Shown here piece by piece: positions 12,901 to 23,583 of a stretch of 64,000 bases of DNA. The stretch lies in the NCBI GenBank assembly GCA_050575255.1, contig JBNZDD010013679.1, positions 350,444 through 414,443 of the forward strand, read 5' to 3'. The DNA is from Harriotta raleighana (Eukaryota). A program made the position numbers and the translations under genes. The stretch's first letter is position 1. Each line of letters opens with the position of its first letter. The notes below the pieces were generated by a model that did no database searches, was not told the DNA's origin, and worked only from the letters and a program-made list of their open reading frames with translations.

Positions 12901-13584
12901 TTCATATCAGAATTTAAAAAAATTAAAATTTAAAAATTATGATCTGACGAATTATCCTGAGTTTGGCTGATGTGATATTTCAGGGATGACAACATGCTCC
13001 CGAATTATCACCGGGGGGGGGGGAGTGGGGAGTTGCAAAGTGTATCAGCCTTCTGAACATGAAGTGATTGGAAAAGTGGCCTTTTTTTGAGCGGTTTTTT
13101 GGTCAAACAGAGACAGATGTTGAAAGTGTAGCATAACATGTAAAGTTTAATTTTTTTTAGATTTTATTGTTATTTTTAAAAAAAATATTTTGAAGAAAGG
13201 AGAAACTTGAAACACAGAATATTAATTGACAATAATGTAAAAATAATCATCGTTGCATTTTATACAGCAGCTAATCACATTGTTGAAACATCAAAGAATT
13301 TCACATGACTGTAGGGATAGGGACTATATATCAATCAAAATTACATTTATTTAGCGCCTTTGACATCGGGGGGATGTCCCAAGACACTGTACAGTCAAGT
13401 AGGGATCAGAGCAGGAGAGGAGGGGTCGGGGGAAGGAAAGTATGTACAGGAGATGCAAAAAACATAGAAACACAAAAAAGAGAGAATGGGAGAAACAAAA
13501 GATTTGAGACTAAAGGGAATGCGATGAGAACTAAAGTGCTGTAGCTCTTTAAACTTTATTTTTGAAAAATAAGTGCTTGAATTA

Positions 13585-14530
13585 ATAATTTAAAAATCCT
13601 TACATTTGATATAGCATCTTATCACATAATTGAAATATCTCAAAGCACCCATACAGATGTAGCGTGAAGTGAATTCATTGTATACCGTTGCCCCTCACCG
13701 AATGCGGAGGTTATGGTTCCTGGAAAACAGCGCACTCGGTAAAATCGCGTTCGGTTAGCTTAATAAATAATGGGGGAAAAAGATTAGGGGAATCCATCCA
13801 CAGGCTATCCACCCTCAAGCTTCCAAGCACATCCACACCCAATCAACACAAGGTGCGTACTGAGGCGTGCTACAGCTGGCTGGTCCATTCTCCCCGCTCG
13901 TCGCTCTCCCCGCTCTCACTGACTCACTGGAGATTATAAAACAGCACCTTACACTACCACAGCTTGTTTTAACTTTGGTCCTGGACGTGTTAGGCTATAT
14001 GATTACAGTAAATATGAACGAACCACCTTGATTGTACTTTACCATGCAATGCCATCAGGTTGTTCCGAGGCCGAGGAATCATAGGACTTAGTCGGGAGCT
14101 GGTGGTGTCCTCCCAAGTGTGCATTGTGCACGTGGCCAGCGTCCTCCCAAGTGCGCAAGCGTGCGGAGCCAGCCAGCTGAGGAATCATCGGACTTAGTCA
14201 GGAGCTGCCGGCGTCCTTCCAAATGCGCATCCGCGTGGGGCCAGCCAGCATGTATACGCAAATTTTACTCACGTTCCACAAAAAAGTGCCACATTTATTT
14301 CTTCGCATAGAGGCGAATCCGCACTCAAGAAAGTCGTGTTCAGCAAGGGTTGACTATATTTTGTGGGTGAAACGCAGCAGCCAATTACTAACAGCAGTGG
14401 ATTGAATAACCAAATGATATATTTAAATTTAAAAAAATCTTATTCCCCATGGAAAAGGGATCTGCCAATTGATTTACAACCCAGTTTCTGTGTACCGCTA
14501 GGCAAACAGTTGCGTAGAATGACTGAATTG
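13585..14530 (-). mobile_element. tRNA-SINE copy split by a DNA transposon
   Basis: The left part ends gtgaattcattgta and the right part resumes ttttgtgggtgaaacgcagcagccaatt; these are contiguous in the family consensus. Confidence 0.8.
13685..14356. mobile_element. Tigger/pogo-like non-autonomous DNA transposon nested in a SINE
   Basis: TA flanks; decayed TIRs CCGTTGCCCCTCACCGAA and (rc) TAGTCAACCCTTGCTGAA. Internal subrepeat gaggaatcat(c/a)ggacttagtc occurs twice. The 3' part is homologous to 61554-61835. Confidence 0.75.
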
Positions 14531-14542
14531 TCACTGAATTGT

Positions 14543-14654
14543 TAATAATAATAATAATCCTTGCATTTGATATAGCGCTTTTCACATCTTATCGACGTCC
14601 CAAAGCGCTTCACAGAATACACTGTAAAGTGAATTGACTGTATATTTGTGGGCG
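14543..14654 (-). mobile_element. tRNA-SINE 3' fragment
   Basis: (aat)n ccttgcatttgatatagcgcttttcacatc...gactgtatatttgtgggcg; close to consensus. Confidence 0.9.
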
Positions 14655-17600
14655 TAGTAGAATTCTAGCTAACATTACTAATATTATTTCACTGAATAAT
14701 CACACTCACAGCATGTGAGCTGAAATCTCATAATGCTGACTATTGCAGTACAGGAAGTCTGCAATCCCTAAAATTGCTATCAATCTAAGGGTTAACAATA
14801 ACGTGTAAATAGGATATATTGTACGACCATGACTCTAACAATGCCCTCCAGAAAATTAGAAATCATCACTCCTTCGGCATAAAGAGTGAGGGGACCATGT
14901 CAACAAATAGAAGGTGGAGGCAATCATAACCTGAAACATTAATTTCTCTAGCATCACACTTCAGGCTTCCAGGATTTAAGAAAATCAATGTCAGATTATC
15001 CACAAATTCATGCAATCCTCTCTTTTTACTGCCTGCTTAGCAGAGCATGCCCAACTTGAGAAAAAAATTCTTCCATGTGAATTCTCAAAGTGGAAATGCT
15101 TCTGTACAATAATTGGGGACATCACTTCATTAGAAGAAATTGTGAGCGTGTGTGCGTGTACTAAAACTGCCTTCTCAGTTGACGCAACGTCGGAAAAGAA
15201 GATTTTCAGGCAGGAGCTGGAAAAAGAGAGAGAGGAGCAGGGTGGAGGGATTAAGTGATTGTTCCATTCTTTCTAAAAATGGTCATTTATTTTTGTTTTT
15301 CTTCTTCTTTGAAAAAAAAACAAAATATAAAAAGTCCACATTTCTGAAAATAGCCTCTTCCCCAAATCTTGCAGAATTCTTTTTAGGTTTTTAGATTGAA
15401 TCTTATAAAATCCTACCAGATAAACTGAGAATCCTATAAAAGTCTTATAGGATCTAATAGGATTCTACGATACTATCAAAATCCTTCAGGAGTTTTTTTG
15501 ACAGAGGGATTTGTGGTAGATTTTTTTAAAAAGTCTGAAATATTGCTCACAGTGCATAGACCAAAGGGAAAGAGAAACACACATATACACACACACACAC
15601 ACACATACATACGCAGAGCCAGAAGTGAAAAGAAAAGCTGAAGTGCCAATGTCAAGAATAATACTTGAAGCATCGGATCGATTTTAAGCGAGTGGTAACC
15701 TGCAGGCCTCCAGTCTCATGGGACACAGCTCACTGTCTGTCCTGTGTGCAGTCAATGCAACTGCAGCAAGACATCTGCTGGTCAGTCAGTGACTGCAGTG
15801 TCCACTTCAAAGGAAATCAGCGCCTGGATCAGACAGAAATATCACACACAGATCCCCAAGTACCTATATATCACAAGCGCTACCTTTGAAATAACAGGGG
15901 AGGGTTAAAAGAAAAAAAAATCATCAGATTTGAAAGACACCCATTGTTTTTAATCTTACTGTTTCACATCTCTCCCTGATCTCATTGACCTCTGTCCCTT
16001 TGGCCCATATTTACCGCCTTGCCAGAGACTTACCGGTCAGATGAAGGCATGAGCAGCTGAGCTGACAAGCAACAGAGCTCAGTTCGATCAGCGTATTTTG
16101 TGACCTATGCCTGTTGGACTTTGACCCTAGCAATTTTTCCCAACTTGTGTCACTCGGAAAGAACTATGACCTGCCTCCGCTCACAGTAACTTTGAATCCT
16201 GAGATCCATTGATTTTGTGTAGATGCCAGCATATTTCTTTTATCTTTTATCTTTATATGGATATAAAGTGCTTACGTAGTAGATACTACAGCAGCTATGT
16301 GTCACAGTGAAATAATTATGTTCATAAAAATACTGGGGAGTTTGCTATTAGCTGGCCTTTTGCATTTCCCCTGAACTCTTTCCTAATATGGAAATACACA
16401 GCATGGAGCAATTGAGCAATACATTTTGAGCAAATTGTTTTTAAAATCTCTGAATGGTGTGGTGACATAGAAATGATGAGAGTATGATTCCTCTCAATTG
16501 AGACACTTTGTCTGTATTAGTCAAAGGTATAGCTTTTCAGCCCTGCTGATAACTCCAATAAATAAGCATAATTTGTCAGCTGGGTTTCCGACTGAACCAG
16601 CACTACCAGGTCTTAATTTGTTTTGGGTTTTCTCTCAAAGTTACAAAGATGAATTGTTTCAATCCGGCTTGAAGGAACTGATTTGGATTATCACTTGATT
16701 GTCTATCTTAAATGTGTAATTATTAACCCATGAGAACACTTAATATTGTACAACTCTTCGTGTCTTTTCTCTATTGTAATTCCCCCTTTTTTCATGTTTG
16801 ACTGAGTTGACAATTCCTGACTGTCTGTCCTTCACTGTGTGTGAAGCAACATTCCTGAATTTGCTCAGTGTCTCCCCAGGTGACAAGCTTGACACTGGGA
16901 GCAGTGTCATGTCAATGCAAATCCCAAATCAGCTTGCATTTTGGGGTCTCCAATCGCCCAAAGAGTGCAATCATTTTGTTAAAAAGTACTCAGTTTCATA
17001 GCAGGGAGAAACAAAGAGTGAGTAAGATCAGATTCAATCATAGTTTAGGGGAAATCTCAAGTTTGTATGCATTTAAGTGACTGTGTCCAATATATACAGT
17101 GGTTTGTTTTTAAAAGACAACTAATCATTTTTTGAGTTTCAATACATTTTAAACAATCTTATAGCTCTGCTTGTAATGAAAAGCTTCCCGATGTAGTACC
17201 AAATCTGTGATATAGTAAAATCTCTCAATATTTTGAGCATTCCTGTACAGTGATATCCTCTGTATTAAGTGGAAAATCTGCTGAGTCTGTGAAATCCTTT
17301 TAATGTAGTGACAACTCTGGTGATATAGAAGTACTGACACACTGCCATACTGAAATGGAAACACGATTACATAATGTTACAAAAAACTATTTAAAAGGAT
17401 GTTGTCGTCTGCCAGTGTCTAGGTAGAAACCTCACATAATCATGGGAGGCATCATTATCACCTTAAGGAATTATTATCTATTTAAGCATTATAAAAGTTT
17501 GTTGCCATTCATTATACTAGAAAAACATAATACTGTATCGCTTTGGCTGAGTTTTCAAAGCTGGCTGTTCAAGAGTTTAGCCAATCCGAAACCTCCCAAG

Positions 17601-18654
17601 TGCAATTATTCAGAGCTGGATCAGGATACAGTATATATCACAAGTTGTAATGGTAAATCCAAACATCGCACTGCATTCTGTGAACAAAATATAACCTAGC
17701 AGGTGAAGCCACACAAGCTCAGCAAGAGCCACTTTGGGCGTGCCTCTGCGACAATTTACCAATATTGTTGGCAATGTGATCCATTCCTCTGTGAATTTGG
17801 ACAACCTTATAAAATCATATCATAATGTCAAACCATCAAGCGAAGGTGGGGAAATCTTTCGAACGATGGGGTAATGAATCACACTATTAGAAATTTGATG
17901 CAGACTTACCATGCCCCTTACAATAGTTCAGCACTTATATAATCTGGCGGCTTTATAATTTTTTTCATAAATTTAAGTGATTTGACTTGATTATCCAGCA
18001 GCAATATTTGTTCATTAGGATCTACGGGGAAGAAAACATGTTGTTCTGCTGCATGCTCCAGATGAATGAGGTAACAGAATAGCCACTTAATCCAATTGTC
18101 CCCCACTGTTGACATCATGCCAAAAAATAGCAGAGCCATTAGCAGTACTCTACGGTTCACTGGCATATGGACTAAAAATATAGTTAAATGTCTGAAATAC
18201 AATTGAAAAGCTATTCAAGCTATTTATTCAGAGCTGTACTACACAAAATGTGTCATTAAAAACTCAATTTATATATCGAATAAAGTATAACACATTCTTA
18301 TCGCTTGTTAGAACTCTTTTATCATAAATGAAATATCATTTAAATGGCCCAATCTCTGGATATTCAGAAACTCTTAAAGCTAGCAAAAAATGTACAGGCT
18401 GAGATAGACATGGCACACCAGACATATACATCTCACACACACGTACATGCAGTCATTTTGCAAGTATATGTGGCAATATGATATTGTTTTCATGTTGCAT
18501 TGATGAATAACCTGCAGTATAACTCTAGTTTGTTATTTTCTGATCAAAATTTGTGATTGGAATACAAACTGCATTTTGCAAACAGGGTAGTTTCACAATG
18601 CTTGGAACTCAAAGTTTAGAAAGATTACAGTGATTGAAAGCCTTCTACTTTTCA

Positions 18655-18995
18655 GAGTTTTGAATAGTGGAACTGGGACGACCGGCGAGGAGTGCATTTC
18701 GGTAATCCAGACGGGAGGTGACAAACACAAGCACTAGGGTGCATGTGGAGTAACATACAGTCGGAGGTGGGCAATGTGGTGGGTATAAGAGAAAGGCAGT
18801 TCAGGTCAGGGATCAGATGTGGGGGAGGAAGCACAGTTGGGAGTCGAACCAAACGCCAAGATTGTGCATTGATTTGTCTAGACTGAGGGAGAGCCCCGGG
18901 AAGTTGAGAAGTTTAGATCTGCAGGAGTGAAGACGCTGACAGAAGCCAAAAAATATGGCTTCCATCTTGTCCACATTCTGTGGCAAGAAGTTTGC
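18655..18995 (-). mobile_element. L2 LINE internal ORF2 fragment, decayed
   Basis: The minus strand gives NFLPQNVDKMEAIFFG and NLGVWFDSQLCFLPHI, matching the post-RT region of L2 ORF2 (compare NFLQLNISKTEVLLIG at 62.9 kb). Confidence 0.75.
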
Positions 18996-19300
18996 ACTCG
19001 TACGTGTATAGTTGCGGTTTCAGGAGGTCCTTTGACCAGAAAAGGATAAATGCAAATAATGTGAATCGATAGACCATCAAAGAACTTTTAACTGGCTGTG
19101 ACTGGCTTTCTTAAAGCCAGTCACACAATCAGCTCTTTAATAACACTGACATTTAAACAGTATTTGATGCCTGTTTGGTGAGTCCTACACAAATGCTCAC
19201 TTTCATATTGGCAGAGCTCTTTTCCCTGGCTGAAGGAATTTAGGATTAGAAAATATAAACCAACAGCCCCAAATTCTTCGTGGTCTTATCCAGAAGTTCA

Positions 19301-19442
19301 TTGCCCTAAAATTTAAGATTGTGCAGGAACTTTGAAAATTCTAAAATTCAATATTATCCATCACTGTGAGAAATCGGCTTCCAAATTAGGACTGCACTTA
19401 AAAATTTTAGAAAATTCTGCACAATCTTAAATTTTAAGACAA
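19301..19442. mobile_element. Fold-back (palindromic) MITE, family A, copy 1
   Basis: Left arm ctaaaatttaagattgtgcaggaactttgaaaatt versus rc of right arm ttaaaatttaagattgtgcagaattttctaaaatt; 20-bp perfect core. Confidence 0.8.
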
Positions 19443-19619
19443 CAGTCAGACCATGAAAAGGTTCAAGCCTTTCTGCTCCTAATTGCTGTATGGTGGGAAA
19501 CGATAAGTTGTTTCTAACAGTGTAAATTAGGCATTGGGAACATAAGTACAGGAGAAGGCCATTCAGTCTGTTGAGCAACTTCTGTATTTTATTAGATCAT
19601 AGCGGAACTTTTAATGCAG

Positions 19620-19955
19620 CCATGAAACACACGCATACAGTGTATTTCACATAGGAACACAAGAGGGCATACACACAATACTCATGAGGATTGACACATA
19701 TCTGTACAGATTGAACATGTAAATACAGATGTGGGGGTTATACGTACACACGTAAAAGCACAAAAACACATATGTAGAATATGAGGCATGTACATACATC
19801 CAAATAGCCACACCAATACAGACAAGTACACATATCCAAAACATACAAACATACACAGACATACACAGACTGTATGCACACTTATAGAGTACCTTACATG
19901 TAAAAGAAATGCACATGAGAGAGGCAAATACAGAAATACATGTGTACACACACCA
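19620..19955. repeat. Degenerate CA/ACAT-rich low-complexity tract
   Basis: Many acac/atac/acat motifs; explains the C/V/Y/M-rich pseudo-ORFs here. Confidence 0.8.
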
Positions 19956-21022
19956 AGAGCAACTTCACCTGAGCGGCTTTTACTCAGAGATTGTTCCAAA
20001 TTCCCACAAAAAGGAGTCTCCCCCTTATCTTGAAAAAAAATCCTCTCTGTACATTTAAACAGTAAGAGAGATTTATTAGCAGATGTTATGACATCGATAG
20101 CAGTGCATTAAGGCTGTCATGATTCACCTTGAGCTGCAGGGTTCGTGAATTCTGACACTTTGACACTCGTGAATGAACTCAGTAATGCACTACTTGGGGT
20201 GCAATATCTTCTACATTGGAGATGATTATTAACCAGTTGACCCTCTGAGTGCTGACTAACCTTTGCAGCTTTCAGACACACACGGTTCTGATGGCGTAAC
20301 CTCTGCCTGTCTGATTTTCTGTAAATTGCTAACCTGCAGCGATACAAAGTGGGATCAGAGAAAGCCACACAAGCTCGGCACATCCCTTCAATCAAAACGC
20401 TCTTAAAATAAACTGGCCCAGTGCAATGAAGACACATTTTGAGTTTGTTAAAGCTATGCTACCGTTCTCATCTAAGGGTTGAATAAAGGCAATGGAGGGG
20501 GGGTGGGGCTCGTCCTCTACTAAACCTTCTCTCCTTGAAGGGAGAGCCATAAAACTGAATAGCGAGCCACCCTTCTCGGCCAAATCACCAGCTATTCTTC
20601 TGTTTCCTCAATCAACACCCCCTTTTTTTGTCAGATAACAAAAATTGAAAGTGAGAAATCAAGCCAGGCAGAATATTTTTAGGTAATTGGTAAAAAGATA
20701 AATATGCATAAGTCACATGAGAAAATCATTTAAATCGAGATTATGAATGGATTGAAGAAACATCTAAATGTTTTTCTGGAGTGAGAAGCGGATGGTAAGA
20801 GACGAGGTAGGAATGCTGGGTTGAGAATTAACGTAAAGGTAGAGCTTTTCAGATCTTACAATCCTGTCCTAAAATCACTTATGCACAATAGCAACAATTT
20901 GAATAAAATGACATTTCTGACACTGCATGTAGTAAATGCTATTGTCACGCTGTGAAGTTTTACCCTGGAAATCATATGGCAGCCGAATGGATTGTAACAT
21001 GCTGAAACATAATGGAAAGAAG

Positions 21023-21268
21023 CTGGGAAATAGAAATTCCGCCTGGGTCTAGATTTGTTCTATTTATGTAGTATGTCAGAGCAAACAGATTTTGGCAAAT
21101 TATTAAATAGAATCATAATTTTGAAGATGGAAGTTTGAGTCAGTTTAACAACTACAGGAAACCAGCTTCAAAGTCGAGACTGAATCCAGCAATTTGCCAA
21201 ATTCTGGACGCTCTGAAACACTACATAAATAGAATAAATCTAGACCCCGGTGGAATTTATCCCCTCAG
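21023..21268. mobile_element. Long palindromic MITE, ~245 bp
   Basis: Arm aaattccgcctgggtctagatttgttctatttatgtagtatgtcagagc...ttggcaaatt versus rc aaattccaccggggtctagatttattctatttatgtagtgtttcagagc...ttggcaaatt; roughly 80% over about 75 bp, with weaker pairing further in. Confidence 0.85.
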
Positions 21269-21629
21269 TTTATCCTTAAGTTTTTCACAGAATTGAAATA
21301 AACCCATCACACTGAATTATTCAGTCAGTTCATGTCCAGAATATTTCAGCGGGGGGTTACACGACATATAGAGAGGCAGAACTTTGAACTGCTTTCTATT
21401 TGAAAGTTCAGTTATACTTTTTTTTAAAAAGATAGTAATTACACAGTGCCTCAGGGTACTGGTGAGGCCATCAGCAGATTAAAGTCATATTGTCCGCCCC
21501 AGCTATCTGCCTGTAACATCACAAACAGTTTACACAGACCCGTCAAGGGAGCAACCCAGTGTTATACGGATAAGGCATGAGGAATAGCCAGATAAACTAG
21601 GACTCCTAAAGCTCATTAAGACACATCTC

Positions 21630-21960
21630 ACAGGGACTTAAAGAGGGGTATATAAGATGTTACATTGGATAGAGAAAGCAAACTCATACTGCAGATATGG
21701 CAAGGCAACAGGAGGACAGGGCATGGGTTTGGGATTTTGAAAGACAAATGTAGTAAGTAGGACTGACACTTTTTTTTACACACAGGGACTAATCAACATG
21801 ACCAACTGAAGTTTGGAATGAGCTACCAGGAAGTCTGATAGAGCCAGGATGCTAGCTAGACATTTGAGTAACATTTTGATGCTCTATAAGGGAACAAAAA
21901 GCACAGTGGGTATTCTGGAAGGAAGAGATCAAATGAGCCTTCTTTATTAATTCCTCTGTT
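21630..21960 (+). mobile_element. Old CR1-type LINE 3' fragment
   Basis: agaggggtatataagatg...acaggaggacagggc...ttttttacacacaggg...tggaatgagctaccagg follows the CR1 C-terminal pattern (EVYK..TRGH..FFTQRV..WN.LP). Confidence 0.6.
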
Positions 21961-22084
21961 GTGACTTTGCGGCGAACTGAATCCTCATTTAAAGGGAAGG
22001 TTATCAAGAACCTTGTGCTTCCAACAACAATGTGCACTTATATGCAAATAGCTGCCTGCAGTGGTCATCAAGGATTGGATGATG

Positions 22085-22349
22085 TAATAATACTAATAAT
22101 AATCCTTGCATTTGATACAGCACTTGTCACATTTTATCGACGTCTCAAAGCGCTTCGCAGATTATACTGTGAAGTGAATTGACTGTATATTTGTGGGCGA
22201 AACGCGGCAGCCAATTGGGCTCAACAGTGTCCCGCAAACAATCGTAGATTGAAAAGATCAATTTTTATTATTTGGTTTTATTTTGAGGGATTATTATTTG
22301 CAAATGTATTGGCGTGTGAAGCAAGGAAATTTGCCCAAGATTTCGCCCT
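22085..22349 (-). mobile_element. tRNA-SINE copy lacking its tRNA head
   Basis: Tail and body match the family up to gaaatttgcccaagatttcgccct. Confidence 0.88.
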
Positions 22350-22362
22350 ATAAACCAAACTA

Positions 22363-23290
22363 CAGTAAAACCTCAATAATCCAGCAAGGTTGTGCCCTGG
22401 ATTTCAAAGTTTGCTGGTACAGTAAAAGCTTGTTTACCCAATAAACCGGAATGCTCAACCAACCGGTATCTCCCAATACAATTCACCATTCCAGCAAACA
22501 GGATCTCATACTGGAGCCATCCAGGAAACTCGCAAGTATCCTTATTTTGCACATGAGTACAATGCGTGCGCATGCGCACTTATTAAACTTAACGAACGCT
22601 GGAATTTTTATTTTACCGATCTTTTTACCGAGTGTGCTGGAATGCTCTATTGGTAAGTATCCATACAATATTCTGTTATCATTTAGTCTATTATTCATAT
22701 GGTATGTTTTAAAATATGTTAATTTTTTGTGTAGGATTTTCCACAACTTGCTGCTCGAATATCCGGCATATTTGATTAATCGGCAACGGTCAGGTCCCGA
22801 GGTTGCTGGATAACTAAGCTTTTACTGCATTTCTACTTAGAAATGGCTGGGAAAGCTCTGCCCTATATACCACCAGTGCTGTAAACAGCACCGAAGCCAA
22901 AAAATGCCTGAGCTTTGTAATGTTATTTAATCCACAAAACATAATGTAGATTCACTAAATCCTTTAATGCAAACTTTACATGTCACCCTATTTAAAAACA
23001 ACCTGTTTCACACACTGTTTCAAATCTGCAAGTCACTCTTCCCAGAATTCTTTTACACTTGCACCATCCATAATCAATTAGCAGTTACGTCGCTAAAACG
23101 ATGTGCAACAAGCTCCACAAACAGCGTCCAATGACAGAGCGGCCAAGCCGGGAACTACAGTCGGCTGTTCCGAACTTCAGGAGATTTGCCGACATCGGAA
23201 GAAAATCTAATGCCGTATAGGTTTTGAAATCTTGCTGGTTTTTAGGGAGTTGCCGGCTTTCGGAGCGTCGGGATTATCGAGGTTGCACCG
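22363..23290. mobile_element. Outer Tigger-like element of a nested pair
   Basis: TA-CAGTAAAACCTCAATAATCCAG versus rc of right end CGGTGCAACCTCGATAATCCCG-TA (17/22); subterminal ccagcaag/cttgctgg symmetry. Confidence 0.6.
22420..22827. mobile_element. Inner Tigger-like MITE, 408 bp
   Basis: TIRs CAGTAAAAGCTTGTTTACCC and (rc) CAGTAAAAGCTTAGTTATCC. TA on the left, CA on the right. Internal gcatgcgcacttattaaactt is shared with about 1620 and 55530. Confidence 0.8.
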
Positions 23291-23533
23291 TACATGCAAC
23301 TGAAATATGGTCGCAGAGAGTTTGCAAATGTTTTGCCCTGCATCAAGAATCCACTCCTCAAAGCCTCAAAACAGCAGGAGAGACAGTTGACGTAGAAAGT
23401 GCTGGGAATGTAAGTCTGTGCATTGACTGCACTGATTCCACTATGCAATCAAAGGCACAAACACTGCGGCTGAACTCTACAAGAATGACAAGGCTCCCTG
23501 GTAAAAACAGCTGACATTTACGGAAACAAGAAT

Positions 23534-23583
23534 TGTGCAAATGTAGAACAATTAAGGATGTGCAAATGTAGAACAATTAAGGA
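23534..23583. repeat. Perfect 25-bp tandem duplication
   Basis: tgtgcaaatgtagaacaattaagga x2. Confidence 0.95.

Noticed and set aside
16264-16290. taaagtgcttac, resembling the miR-17/20 family 5' end
   Set aside because: The match stops after about 12 nt, no complementary arm is evident and there are no cluster neighbours.
19647-20033. C/V/Y/M- or H/T-rich ORFs (also 58.3-58.6 kb and 12.0-12.4 kb)
   Set aside because: Translations of CA/TG low-complexity sequence.
20420-20445. cagtgcaatga, resembling the miR-130/301 5' end
   Set aside because: The 3' half does not match and no precursor hairpin is evident.
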